Shown here piece by piece: positions 41,091 to 51,919 of a DNA stretch of 60,574 bases. A model generated the notes under the pieces. That model was not told where the DNA came from. It searched no databases and saw only the letters and a list, made by a program, of their open reading frames with translations. A program made the position numbers and the translations under genes. Origin of the DNA: an uncultured delta proteobacterium (lineage in GTDB: Bacteria; Desulfobacterota; RBG-13-43-22); contig CAWJJC010000014.1 of NCBI GenBank assembly GCA_963843145.1, positions 1 through 60,574 of the forward strand. The letters are read 5' to 3'. Each line of letters starts with the position of its first letter. Positions within the stretch are counted from its first letter, which is position 1.

Positions 41091-42950
41091 TCAGGCAGGT
41101 TGAAGAGGAGAGTCCCCTTCCACACCCAAAGGAAAGCACACGATCATGGTGGTGGAATCTCCCCCCACTTTCACTTCCAATCTTCCCTTTAGCAAATGGA
41201 CGATACGCTGGGTGATATAGATACCCCGACCCCGGCCTTCCCCTTCCAGGAGACTCAGGCGGTCTTCTTCGGCGATTCGGCCGGTATTGGTGATCTCGGC
41301 GCAGGCCCAGGGACCGTCGGTATAGGTCCGTACGGAGAGGCTCCCCCCCTTTAGCGGAATGGCCTTGGTGGCATTGTTGAGGAGATTGTCCAGAATGCGT
41401 TCGAGTTGGATCGGATAGCAGCGTACCGGCAGCGGGTCTTGAAAAGGCCCTTCTCGAAGAGACACATTGGCCTTCAACATCTCTTTGATGGCCTCCTGAT
41501 TGATCTCAAAACGTTTTCTCAGTATCTCCGTCAAGTTGACCAAATGTTCCCGACCGGAATGGTGGATGCTCAAGGCCATCTCCTGCATCCGGCTGGTCTC
41601 TTCAACCAGGATATTCAAATATTTCTTAATGGTCTCTGTTTCTTTCCAGGGGGCTTCCTTTTGAAGCAGGGTGTTCAGCCGACGGGCGAAACCGGCAATG
41701 GCTATGGCCGGGTTCTTGAAATCATGGAGCGTATCATCCAACTGCTCCAGGCGCTGCGCCTGCATGAGTTCCCGGCCCAGGAATAGAAAAATCTCAATCT
41801 CCCACTGGCGGTACCCTTTCCTCAAGTCCAGGGCATCAAAGGTCATAAAATGAGTGACCTCCTCGCCATGATTCAGCGGCACGTAGAGGATGGAATTTAC
41901 GTTATGGTCGACGGCGAATTTTTTCAGATTAGCGGAAATCTTTTCGCTTCGCTGGGGATCCATTACCAGGACATAGGTCGGGGTCACCACTTCATAGGGG
42001 GAGGGCTCGTCGTGGCATTCTCGTCCCAGAACGAGTTCAAAGGCTCGCTCGCTTTTTACCGGGAAGGTCTTGCCGATGCCGTGATAACCGGGGATAGCCG
42101 GATAACCGGCCTCAAGGACCACATTTTCCCGATCCGGGAAACGGAAAAGAGCGTGCAGCTCTGGACGTTGATGATGTCCGCAATCTCCGGGATGACCCGG
42201 TCGAAGACCTCCTTCATCTTGACCCCTTCCCGGGATCCAAGCTTCTGGAAGATCTTTTGGACAATGGCCTCCTTCTTTTCATTGATCCGGTATAAGGAAA
42301 GGATCTTTTTGCGGGCCATGACAAAGCTGAGTCTTCGCGCCATGAGTTCCGCCATCTGGATGTCCAGGGAGCGGGAAGGCGCGATCGTTTTCCGGATAAT
42401 AGATCTGAATAACGCCCGCCGTCTCTCTTTCGTGGGGGAAGAAGCGGGGAATGGCAAAAGGGATGGCCATCAGGGAATGAGCCCCCCGGCGATCAATGAC
42501 CGCTTTGTCCGTATAGAGGGGTTCCTGCCGGATATTGGGGACGAGAAAGGTCTTTTGAGTCTTCAAGACCTCTCCGGCAATGGTATTTTCCAAGGGGATA
42601 TAGGTGGCCCGGGAGGCCTCCTGAAAGGGATACGATCCATAAGAAAGCATCTGGCCGGTATCGGGATCGTAAATCCGGACCGACGACGACAAGGCCCCTA
42701 GAAACTCCACCATATACCGGGTCACCCTGACCAAAATTTCGGGCTCAGGGAGTTCCGGATCGATTTCAATAATCGCCTCGACCTTATCGGATATTTCGCT
42801 TAAGAAACCAGGCAGGAAAGCGTTCTGCAGGGTAGCGGCCAATTGGTCCCAAAATAGCTCCCCCGGACAACCCACAGCCCAGCTTTCATTTCGTATGGTC
42901 TTAACCAGCTTTTCTACCGAACGCCAGCCCATCTCCTCCATCTCCCTCAC
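41091..42950 (-). CDS. GAF-domain sensor histidine kinase split by two frameshifts
   Basis: Consecutive frames 42279..42950, 42056..42457, 41091..42122; H-box LHDFKNP, N-box DNLLNNA, GRGRGIY. Confidence 0.78.
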
Positions 42951-43074
42951 CAGACTTTATACAGAATGCTAAAAAGATAATTCTATCATATTTAGGAACA
43001 TAAAGATTATTTTTATCGACAAAGGCGGGACGACCCGACACCGTCGGCTTCCGACCGTACCCCAACTATTATTG

Positions 43075-43650
43075 TTACCTGCCTATCTTTTTCACCAGCC
43101 AGGCCATGTTCCGGCCCAACGTTTTCATGGTCTGGATGCCCTCCTCGTCGTTAAGGACTTCGCCGGGGTCCCGGCCGATGGCCACGTTCCAGTAACTGGA
43201 CCCGGGGATGATCATTTGACCGATCAGGAAAAAGTAATTCAGCGAGCTGAAGGCATGGTTGGCCCCGGCCCGGCGGACGGCCACCACCCCGGCGCCCGCC
43301 TTGCGTTTCAGCAGGTCGCCGTTGGCCCGGCTGACCATACCGCAGCGCTCGATCAGGGCCTTCATCCCGGCGGAAATATCCGAGAAATAGGTGGGCGATC
43401 CCAGCAGAATCCCATCGGCCGCGATCATTTTTTGCAAATGCTCGTTCAGGGCGTCCTGATCGACCGCGCAGCGCTGATCCTTATTTTCGAAGCACTTATA
43501 GCAGGCGATGCAGCCCTGAAGGGACCCCGCGGGCAGGTGAATCAGTTCCGTTTCCAGCCCTTCCTGCCCCAGTTCTTCCAGAACGGTATTGAGCAGAATC
43601 TCGGTATTTCCCTTCTTGCGGGCACTGCCGTTAAAAGCTACTACTTTCAT
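43075..43650 (-). CDS. Iron-sulfur flavoprotein / NADPH-dependent FMN reductase family
   Basis: NGSARKKGNT, CIACYKC...C, GSPTYF, DEEGIQTM. Confidence 0.9.
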   Translation of the reverse strand: MKVVAFNGSARKKGNTEILLNTVLEELGQEGLETELIHLPAGSLQGCIACYKCFENKDQRCAVDQDALNEHLQKMIAADGILLGSPTYFSDISAGMKALIERCGMVSRANGDLLKRKAGAGVVAVRRAGANHAFSSLNYFFLIGQMIIPGSSYWNVAIGRDPGEVLNDEEGIQTMKTLGRNMAWLVKKIGR

Positions 43651-43717
43651 AACCATTCCTCCTCTTTATTTGCCGATTTATAATTGGAGCAACATCCCAG
43701 CTTATTTTAAATAACCT

Positions 43718-43829
43718 CTAGACCCCGGCGTTCGCCGGGGTGACGACTCTGTGGCGTTCCCCTATCGTCATTCCGGCGAACGCCGGAATCCAGGGCCTTG
43801 CTGTTGATTTAATAACGAGACCCTTAATA
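43718..43829. repeat. Two REP-like palindromes plus a lone terminal-IR copy
   Basis: gaccccggcgttcgccggggtgacg; cgtcattccggcgaacgccggaatccag; aataacgagacccttaata. Confidence 0.6.
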
Positions 43830-43857
43830 AGTTTCCCATCTACATGAAGGCCTGATC

Positions 43858-44085
43858 TCAGATGCCCAGGTCCTTAAAAAGCTCTTCCGCGGTGGAAAAG
43901 CTCCGACCTTTTCCCGCTCGGAAGGCCCTAATGGCCTTCATGGTTTTTTCATTCGCCACCTGAGGTTCGATAGGCAGATCCCCCGGGGCCACCACCTGCC
44001 TGCAGAACAGTTCCAGCGCAGTAGAAGCCGACAGACCTATTTTCTTGAGTAGGACGATTTTATTTCCTAATTCGTTAAAAATCAT
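43858..44085 (-). pseudogene. N-terminally truncated RelB/DinJ antitoxin, no adjacent toxin
   Basis: IGLSASTALELFCRQVV...LPIE...NEKTMKAI...FSTAEELFKDLGI. Confidence 0.65.
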
Positions 44086-44103
44086 TTCTATTTTTCATCC
44101 CTC

Positions 44104-45048
44104 CTACTGGAGATAGAAGGGCGCCTGATTTCTGGCCACCCGGCGAATATTTTCGGCCACGGCGGCAACAATGCCCCTGATCGAGACATCGGTAGAACCG
44201 CCGATATGCGGGGTGGCCAGGACATTGTACCGAAAAATAGGGTCTTCCGGATCCGGTGGTTCCTCCCAAAATACATCCAGGCCGGCGCCGGCAAGCCTCC
44301 CCGAGGAAAGGGCCTCCTCCAAAGCATTCCGGTCCACCAGGCCTCCCCTGGACAGATTGATGAGATAAGCCCCCGGTTTCATCAGGGCCAAGGTGTTCCG
44401 ATTCATAATCTGTTGGGTCTCCCGGGTAACCGGCAGGCAAAGGATGACAAAATCCGCCCTTCCCAGCAACTCTCCCAGATCATCCGGCCCCCCGGTCCAT
44501 TCCAGCCCCAGGTCTTCTCTGGCCTTTTGCGGGTCGCTTCTTTTGATTCCCAGGAGATGGACGCCAAAAGATTTGAGCCGCCTGCTCAAGGCCCGGCCGA
44601 TTCCACCCAGGCCCACCAGGCCCACGGTCAGGCCCTGCAGTGCCCGGCCCTGGGGTTCGCCCAATTTCCGCCGGGCTAGGCTGCGGGCCATACCGCGAAA
44701 GTCTCTGGCCAGACCGACCATGAGAAAAATGCCCAGTTCGGCCACGGAATCGGCATTGCCCGATATATCCGACGGCACATTGGCCACCGGAATATTCAGA
44801 TCCCGGGCGGCTTCCAGGTCCACCCCTTCCAGTCCCACACCGCATTGCTGGATCAGACGCAGCTCATCCGCCCCGGCCAGCAGCTCCCGGGTAATGGAAG
44901 ACATGGTCGGGATCAGGACCTGAACCCCCTTTAAGGTATCCAGGCCAAAGCGGCCCGTGGCCTTAAAATCATGCTCCGGAAGCTCATTCCGGATCTTTTC
45001 TAAAAAACCTCCCCAGGCCTTTTCAGGAGCCGCAAAGAGAATTTTCAT
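44104..45048 (-). CDS. D-isomer-specific 2-hydroxyacid dehydrogenase
   Basis: GLGGIG, INLSRGGLVD, GLDVFWEEP, TPHIGG. Confidence 0.93.
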   Translation of the reverse strand: MKILFAAPEKAWGGFLEKIRNELPEHDFKATGRFGLDTLKGVQVLIPTMSSITRELLAGADELRLIQQCGVGLEGVDLEAARDLNIPVANVPSDISGNADSVAELGIFLMVGLARDFRGMARSLARRKLGEPQGRALQGLTVGLVGLGGIGRALSRRLKSFGVHLLGIKRSDPQKAREDLGLEWTGGPDDLGELLGRADFVILCLPVTRETQQIMNRNTLALMKPGAYLINLSRGGLVDRNALEEALSSGRLAGAGLDVFWEEPPDPEDPIFRYNVLATPHIGGSTDVSIRGIVAAVAENIRRVARNQAPFYLQ

Positions 45049-45090
45049 CAGGCCTCCCGGCGCAGGGTTCTACTGGACCATTGTCAATCA

Positions 45091-45665
45091 TCATTTCTTT
45101 CCCCGTTTACCGACAGCTAACTGTTTGACTGTTTTTTCAAATTCGCCATCGATGCGATCTTTCAGCCGTATCCGCTTTCGATGAAACTTTTCGTATTCGT
45201 CCTCGGCCACATCCTTGGCCATTTCGTGTGAAATTGCTCCGGCGTGCGCCAGGATATCACGCTCGTTGAGCGTCAGGAAGGCATCCAGTTTCTTGGTCCA
45301 GTCAACCATGTGCATGGGGGTGCGGCGCATGGCCTGTCCTTCGGCAAATATACGGAAATAATCATGTCCAGATTGTAATAATCCAACTGACGTTGGACCT
45401 CCCGGTTGCCCTCCCGGCGAACTGACAAGTATTTCTTGTGAGTTGCCTTTGGAGCCAACTCGCCTTCTTCATAAATATTCTGAATATGCAGGCTGATGTT
45501 TTGTTGAGAGCTCTGGAACAGTTCGGCCATGAGTTGTTGGGTCAGCCAGACCGTTTCACCCTCCAGCCGGACGTCAATTTTGACCTGCCCATTTTCGGAT
45601 TCATAAACGAGAAACTGGCCCATGCCGGAATTCCGACCATCCACGGCCACCAGGTCTTTGCTCAT
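45091..45665 (-). pseudogene. RhuM-family (virulence-associated) DNA-binding protein with internal deletion
   Basis: N-terminus ETVWLTQQLMAELF...YYNLDMIISV is joined directly to C-terminus PMHMVDWTKKLDAFL...AGAISHEMAK; the middle is missing. Confidence 0.8.
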
Positions 45666-46079
45666 AACCGCACCGCCTTCTCAATGTTCATAATTTTTTG
45701 AGCAATACCAGGTCGTCGTCCAATCCGTGCCGAAGGATGTCGAGCCTGGAGGAAAGCGTAAGCAGGCTCTCGGCCGACATCGGCTTGGGCTGGAATGGGA
45801 AAAGGCCGGGACTGTCGAGTAGGCCCTTCAGAGGGGCCGATCCGTTGTCCCGCGCCTGGAGTGATTCTTCGACCAGCCAGGAAACAAGCTTGGGAGCATG
45901 AAGCGGCAAGGACAGCCCTTGGCAATAGAAGCCTTTAATCGTAGTTCTTTTCAAAACGTCTCGCTGCACCTCTTTCCTGCTGTTCCTGTTGGATGGGCTC
46001 GAATCCGGCTTGCCGGGCATAGACGGCTTTCTGGTCGGTACGCCGATACACCTTGGCGCGAGAGTGTGCGTTCGGACCC

Positions 46080-46211
46080 GACCGATGCCATGGCAATGAC
46101 GGCAGCCACAAGATCCCTATCCGACAACCCTTTGGCATCGCTCTTGAACTCGACCGTAAGCGTTTCCCCTTTGGTCAGAATGGTCTTCAATTCGTGTTCA
46201 ATAACGTCCAT
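46080..46211 (-). pseudogene. N-terminal fragment of an AlbA_2/Schlafen-domain ATP-binding protein
   Basis: GETLTVEFKSDAKGLSDRDLVAAVIAMA, after which similarity is lost. Confidence 0.7.
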
Positions 46212-46220
46212 TCGCAGTTC

Positions 46221-46358
46221 CTATTCCTACGCGATCCGCACCTTGCCGGGTTCCTTGCCCTCGGTGAGGCGGTCCTGATATTCCTCAAACCGTTTTCTCA
46301 TCTTCGTCGGGATGGCCGGTAAGCCGCCCGAGAGCAGGGCAACGCTCAGCTTCTCCAG
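46221..46358 (-). pseudogene. C-terminal remnant resembling the DUF6079 (type-3 BREX ATPase) tail
   Basis: Manual translation [44 protein letters not shown]; recalled family tail ...KKRFEEYL...[12 protein letters not shown]. Confidence 0.5.
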
Positions 46359-46659
46359 ACAAAAAAACCCTTTTCTCGAGAAAAAAGGGCCTTTCGATAT
46401 TCATTTAACCCTCCCCAGGTTACGGTTTAAGGGAAAAAGAAAAGAAAAATTAATAAGATAGAAAAAGAATAGCATAGATGCCGGACGATGTCAAATACAC
46501 ACCGATGCCCTCCCACTGGTCCGGGAAGGCTCCTGGTCAACCCCGATAATTTTTCCACCATTCCTTGATTGTTTGCCTAATTTTGCCATACCCCATAACG
46601 GGCATTCAATCCGGTTTTCACCATGCGGGCCAGTTCGAGCTTCGTCGTTTGGGAAGCAA

Positions 46660-46830
46660 TTGATAAAATTATGTGACCAATCTATTTCTCTCACCAGTGG
46701 TGCGAGTTTTTGCCCATTGCATATGCAAAGATGGTTTCATATCTCCATATCAACAAAATTCTTCTAAATATTTCCCTAACGCTACGCTATCTTGATCATT
46801 CTGGCCGTCTTTTCCTTCCCAATTCTACGG
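46660..46830 (-). pseudogene. YhcG/DUF1016 N-terminal remnant
   Basis: KLAPLVREIDWSHN motif amid stop codons. Confidence 0.45.
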
Positions 46831-46837
46831 CTTTTTT

Positions 46838-48007
46838 TCAGATCGGCCGGTTGGGTGCGGATGTCGCGGACTTCAATTTTTCCAGTTCCCCGGTCGAACC
46901 GAATCGGACCTCCAATTTACCGAACCTTTTCCGAAAAGGATTTTTTGTAATCGGGCTGATCAGATAATTCCTGCCTTCCGGGTAATGGGAACGGAAGAAG
47001 ATCAGATGCGACGGGTCGAAATGGTCGGGGTTGATCTTGCATTCAATGGCGTCTACTTTTCCCCCGCTGCCCCTGACGATAAAATCGATTTCCCGTCCGG
47101 ACTTATCCCTCCAGTAAAAGAGGTTTTGTTCATCCAGATGGGCTCGAAGCGTATCCAGCACCAGATGCTCCCATAAAAGACCCCGGTCTTCTTCTCTGAG
47201 TTTTTCCCAACCCCCGGCGAAGGCCACGAACCCGGTGTCAAAAACATAACCTTTGGGCCTGCGGGTCAATTCCCGTCGCCCCCCTCCGTGTAAAGGCGGG
47301 AGCAGGAAAACGGCCCGGGCAATCTGCATGGCCTCCACATGAGCCATAACCGTAGGGCGGCTCTGATCGGAAAGTTTGGCCAGGTTGGTATAATCCAGGA
47401 GACCGCCGCTCCGTCGCAGTAAAAGCTGCAATAGTTTCATAAACCCGGTCCGATTCCGGATAGCGAAGAGTTCCTGGATGTCGCGGGCATAAAAACTGTC
47501 CATCCATTCCGCATAAAAATGGGAATTCCTGTCTCCGGAGAGGAGCGGTTCGGGCAGGCCGCCCTGCAGCAACCTATGGTCCAGATCAGGGATAGCGAAT
47601 TCCTCCAGGCACTCGGCCCAGAGAACAGGAGGCAGGTAGATCATTGTTTTCCGACCGGTCAGACCATCACGAAATTTTTTTGTTGCGGCCAGAGTCGAGG
47701 AACCGGTGGCCAATACCCGTAGTTGGGGATAGACATCCGCTGCGATTTTTAGAACACGGCTGGGATCAGCCAAACGATGGATTTCATCAAATACAACGAT
47801 TTCCCCCTTTTTAAGCGAATCAAAAAAAGGCTCCGGATCCTCCAATCCTCGGATCACGGAAGGGAGGTCGCAGTTTTGATACCGGGCCTGGGGAAGCATT
47901 TCGGCCAGGGTCGTTTTTCCCACCCTCCGCACCCCGGACAGCCAGACCACCGGGCGCCTATTCCAGGCCTTCATTATACTTTGGATCCAAAAGGGTCGTT
48001 TAATCAT
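46838..48007 (-). CDS. AAA_14 ATPase with DUF4143 domain
   Basis: GVRRVGKTT, FDEIH, ATGSS, FDTG, GLLWEHLV, YWRDKSGREIDF, IECK. Confidence 0.88.
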   Translation of the reverse strand: MIKRPFWIQSIMKAWNRRPVVWLSGVRRVGKTTLAEMLPQARYQNCDLPSVIRGLEDPEPFFDSLKKGEIVVFDEIHRLADPSRVLKIAADVYPQLRVLATGSSTLAATKKFRDGLTGRKTMIYLPPVLWAECLEEFAIPDLDHRLLQGGLPEPLLSGDRNSHFYAEWMDSFYARDIQELFAIRNRTGFMKLLQLLLRRSGGLLDYTNLAKLSDQSRPTVMAHVEAMQIARAVFLLPPLHGGGRRELTRRPKGYVFDTGFVAFAGGWEKLREEDRGLLWEHLVLDTLRAHLDEQNLFYWRDKSGREIDFIVRGSGGKVDAIECKINPDHFDPSHLIFFRSHYPEGRNYLISPITKNPFRKRFGKLEVRFGSTGELEKLKSATSAPNRPI

Positions 48008-48018
48008 CTAAAGTGTAT

Positions 48019-48044
48019 TTTACATTTAGACGTCTAAATGTAAA
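48019..48044. promoter_or_regulatory. Perfect 26-bp palindrome (putative operator) in front of the AAA/DUF4143 gene
   Basis: tttacatttagac|gtctaaatgtaaa, 11 bp upstream of ATG 48007. Confidence 0.65.
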
Positions 48045-48156
48045 GTATATTTTCTATTTTCCAGACCAAAAGAGGCCGCCGCCAAGAAATAAGAGAGCCC
48101 TCCCGGTAGTCCGGGAGGGCCCTTGGTTAAACCCCGATTCTTTTTTTCAGCGGATC

Positions 48157-49029
48157 TCAGGCCGCTTTGAGCACTGAACCGGCCGAAATCAGCAGGCGGT
48201 CGAGGGCGGCCGCTTTATTGCCCAGGCCGAAGGCCACGGCCATAAGCTGGGTGATGAAGACCACCGGGATGTTGAAATTGGTGCCCAGGGCCTTGTTGAT
48301 CTTCTTCTGGTAGGCCTCCAGGTTCATCTGGCACATGGGGCAGGCCGTGGAAATGATCTGGGCGCCGTGGTCGATGGCATCCTTCAAAATATCCCGGGCC
48401 AGTTCATAGCAGGAATCCAGTTCGGTCAGAAACAACCCGGAGCCGCAGCAGCGGATCTTCTTCGGGAAATGCACGGCCTCGGCGCCCAGGGCCTGGATGA
48501 GCTGATCCTGGACGGTGGGCTGTTCCACGCTGTCGTATTCCCCGAAGGGCCGCACGGTCTGGCAGCCTACATAGCCGCCGACCTTGACGCCGGTTAAGGG
48601 TTTTTTGACCAGGGACTTGATCTTTTCCGGTCCGACGTCATTAAAGAGGACGTCCAGCAGGTGCCGGACCTTGATCTGGCCGCTGTATTTCAAGCCCCCC
48701 TCGGCCAGAACCTCGTTGACCTGGGCCAACAGGGCCGGCTTCTCCTGGAGCTTATGATTGACCTTGTTCAGGACGATGTAACAGGAACTGCAGGGGGCGA
48801 CAATGTCCTGGCCCCCGTTGGCCTCGGCAATGGCCAGGTTGCGGGCAGCCAGGACTTCCACCGAGAGCTCGTTACCTCCCACATAGGAGATGCTGGCGCC
48901 GCAGCAGTTCCAGTCCGGGATCTCCTTCAAGTTGATCCCCAGGGGTTTGGCCACGGCCTCGAGGGAGATCAGGTAATGCACCCCGCTGGCCTCCAAAGAA
49001 CAACCGGAGTAGAGAAAATAATCCGCCAT
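48157..49029 (-). CDS. hdrB: Heterodisulfide reductase subunit B-like (two CCG domains)
   Basis: YSGCSL, WNCCGA, APCSSC, GCQ, RCCGS, TACPMCQMNL. Confidence 0.92.
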   Translation of the reverse strand: MADYFLYSGCSLEASGVHYLISLEAVAKPLGINLKEIPDWNCCGASISYVGGNELSVEVLAARNLAIAEANGGQDIVAPCSSCYIVLNKVNHKLQEKPALLAQVNEVLAEGGLKYSGQIKVRHLLDVLFNDVGPEKIKSLVKKPLTGVKVGGYVGCQTVRPFGEYDSVEQPTVQDQLIQALGAEAVHFPKKIRCCGSGLFLTELDSCYELARDILKDAIDHGAQIISTACPMCQMNLEAYQKKINKALGTNFNIPVVFITQLMAVAFGLGNKAAALDRLLISAGSVLKAA

Positions 49030-49661
49030 TATGCCGCCCCTCCTTTCCCCATGGCCTTGGCCTTATCGAGCATCTTCTTCAGCGCCTTGATATTTTTGAT
49101 CGGCCGCTCGGGCAGGAGCTTCATCCGTCTTTTAAGCAGCATGCCCAGGCCCATGTCCTTGTTGTCCAAAGCCATCTTGATCCCCGCACCGATACCGTGG
49201 CCGAAGAAGTAGCGGTTGGCCACGTCCTTCTCGTCGATCCGGCCCAACCGATAAATATTGCCCCAGAACTTATCGCCGAAAAGGGCCGACTCCTTCCGGG
49301 GGGTGTAGCCGTGGCGCAGGGCGTAATGGGCCAGCCCGTGCATGACATCCACCACCGGCACCTTCCGGGGACAGCGCACCTTGCAACTGTAACAGGAGGT
49401 GCAGAGCATGATGGCCTGGCTGCCCAGGACCTTGTCCCGCTGTCCGGCCCGGATCAGGGTGAATATTTTTCGGGGGGACAAGTCCATCTTGTCCTTCAAC
49501 GGGCAGGAGGCGGCACAGACCCCGCACTGCATGCACATCTTGATCTCTGCTCCCGAATCCACCTTCTGGTACACTTCCCGGGCGAAGGATTGGTCATAGG
49601 CCTGCCGGGGATTTCCCTGGGAATCGTATTTAGGTCCCACTACCTGTTCCATAGGCGTCAT
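49029..49661 (-). CDS. hdrC: Heterodisulfide reductase subunit C-like
   Basis: CMQCGVCAASCP, CTSCYSCKVRCP. Confidence 0.9.
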   Translation of the reverse strand: MTPMEQVVGPKYDSQGNPRQAYDQSFAREVYQKVDSGAEIKMCMQCGVCAASCPLKDKMDLSPRKIFTLIRAGQRDKVLGSQAIMLCTSCYSCKVRCPRKVPVVDVMHGLAHYALRHGYTPRKESALFGDKFWGNIYRLGRIDEKDVANRYFFGHGIGAGIKMALDNKDMGLGMLLKRRMKLLPERPIKNIKALKKMLDKAKAMGKGGAA

Positions 49662-49772
49662 CCTTCCCTTATGTGATGAAAGTAGTCAGAAGGCTGGAGC
49701 CAGTACCCAGAATAGCCAGAGAGAAACTTTCTATTCTGTCTTCTGTCTTCTGTCTTCTGTATTCCTGGCCTT

Positions 49773-51913
49773 TTAGAATCCCTTGTAGGGATTCGGTTCC
49801 ATCTCCTTGATCCGGTCCATGAAGGCCTTCAGGATCTGGGGCAGCCGTTCGTAATCGGTGATGGCAATCTCTTCCACCGCGACCCGGTCCGGTTCCAGGG
49901 CCAGGCGCCCCAGGGTCTCCGAAATTTTCTCCATCCGGGTATTGGCCAGCTCGCTGCCCTTGATGAAGTGACACTGGTAATCGTCCCCTTTGCGGCAGCC
50001 CAGGAGGATCACTCCGTCAATGCCTTTGGCCAGGGCGTCGGCGATCCAGACCAGGTTGATCGAACCCAGGCAGCGCACCGGAATAAATCGGAAGAAGGGG
50101 TCGATCGGAATCCGGTTGATGCCGGCCATATCCAGGGCCGGATAGGCATCGTTCTCGCAAATCAGGGCGATTACCCGGGGTTTTTCATCATCCGCGTCCG
50201 GCACCTCGATCCCCTTGATCATGGAACCGATCATGTCGACGGAGTAATTTTTGAAGGAAATGATGCGCTCCGGACAGGCCCCCATACAGGTGCCGCAACG
50301 GCGGCAGCGGGTGGGTAATGGGAATGGGATTGGCCTTTTCATCTTCATTGATGGCCCCGAAAGGACATTCTTCGGTGCAGCGCTTGCATTGGGTGCAACG
50401 CTGACATGAAGAATTCGGGATAGGTCATATCGCCGGACCGCGGGAAGGTGGAGGCCCCCACGGCCGTGGCTTCGATGGCCTGAATGGCCTTCAGGGCCGC
50501 CCCGGTGGCGTCTTCCCCGGCCAGGGCCGTTTCCATGGGCGCTGCGGACGCAGCCGGCGGCATAAATGCCGGTCCGTTGCGTTTCATAGGGGAAACAGAT
50601 AAAGTTGGAATCCGGAAACCCATACTTGTTCAGCGGCAATGGAGGCCCTGGCGGTAGTCCAGATTTAAGGGCCACCTCATCCAGGGAGGTGGGCACCATG
50701 CCGACGGCCAGGACCACCAGATCCAGATCCTCCAGCAGGATCTGTTCATTCAACAGAACATCATTGGCTTCAACGGTCAGCTTACCGCTCCCTCGGCCGA
50801 AAGTCCCGGCAGTTCGCCCCGGATAAAAATCCCCCCGTCCCGTTGCACCTTCCGGTAAAAATCTTCGCTCTGATGCGGGGTGCGGATATCTTTATAAAGG
50901 ATGAAGACGGAGGCCTCGGGATCCTGCTCTTGAACATAGGTGGCCTGCTTCAGGGAAACCAGACAGCAGACCGAGGAACAATAGGGCAGATGATTTTCAT
51001 CGCGGGAACCCGCGCACTGGACAAAGAGGACGTTTTTGACCGCTTTTCCGTCCGAAGGCCGGATGATCTTGCCGCTCTTGGCCATCTCTTCCATCTGGAC
51101 GTTGGTGATCACGTCCGGGAATTTTCCGTAGCCTAGATGCTCCAGTTTGTTGGCGTCATAGGGCTTCCAGCCGGTGGCCATAACGACGGCGCCGGCCCGT
51201 TCGGTCACCGAGGAGCCGTTCTGGGAGATGGTGACATCGAAGACGCCCGGTCCGCCGGAAATCTTTTCCACCTGGGCCGAGGTAAAAACCTTGATGTTGG
51301 GCTCAGCCTCGATGTCCTTGATCTGGTTTTCCAGGTCCACCGGTTTCAGTTCTTTGTAGGGCGGGCGGATGCGCTTGTTCATCTTGTTCATAAACCCACC
51401 CAGGGCAGGTTCCCGTTCCACCAGGAACACCGGGTAGCCGGCCTGGGCGGCCCCCAGGGCCGCGTTCATCCCCGTAAATCCCGCCGCCGACCACCAGAAC
51501 CGTCTTACTAAGGTTTTCCGCCTGGAAGGGCTCCGGAGGGGTAGACTTTCTGGAGTTTGATCAGCCCGAGGCGCATTTGGTCTTCGGCCATCATCTGCGT
51601 GTCTTCGTCCCCGGCCGGAAGCACCCAGGCCACCTGCTCCCGGACATTGACCCGGTCCAACAGTACCGGGCCGAAATCAAATTCGTTCGTATTTCACCCG
51701 GGGAGAACAAGCCACCAGGCTCAGGGTATTGACCCCTTCATTGGCCATATCGGCCTTAATCAATTCCAGGCCTTCGGATCCGCAAAGCCAGGGGTGGCTT
51801 TTGCAGATCGGGGCTTTGAATTCCTTCGTGGCCACCTTTTTCAGGGCCTCTATATCCAGGGATTCACCGATCCCGCATCCGGCACAAATATATACACCGA
51901 GTTTTTTATCCAT
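49773..51913 (-). CDS. qmoB: QmoB (HdrA-like + MvhD domain); several frameshifts in this sequence
   Basis: MDKKLGVYICAGC, QCAGSRDENHLPYCSSVCC, SNFICFPYET, CRRCGTCMGACPER, CENDAYPALD, YQCHFIKGSEL, PNPYKGF, spread over several frames. Confidence 0.88.
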
Positions 51914-51919
51914 GCGCCT

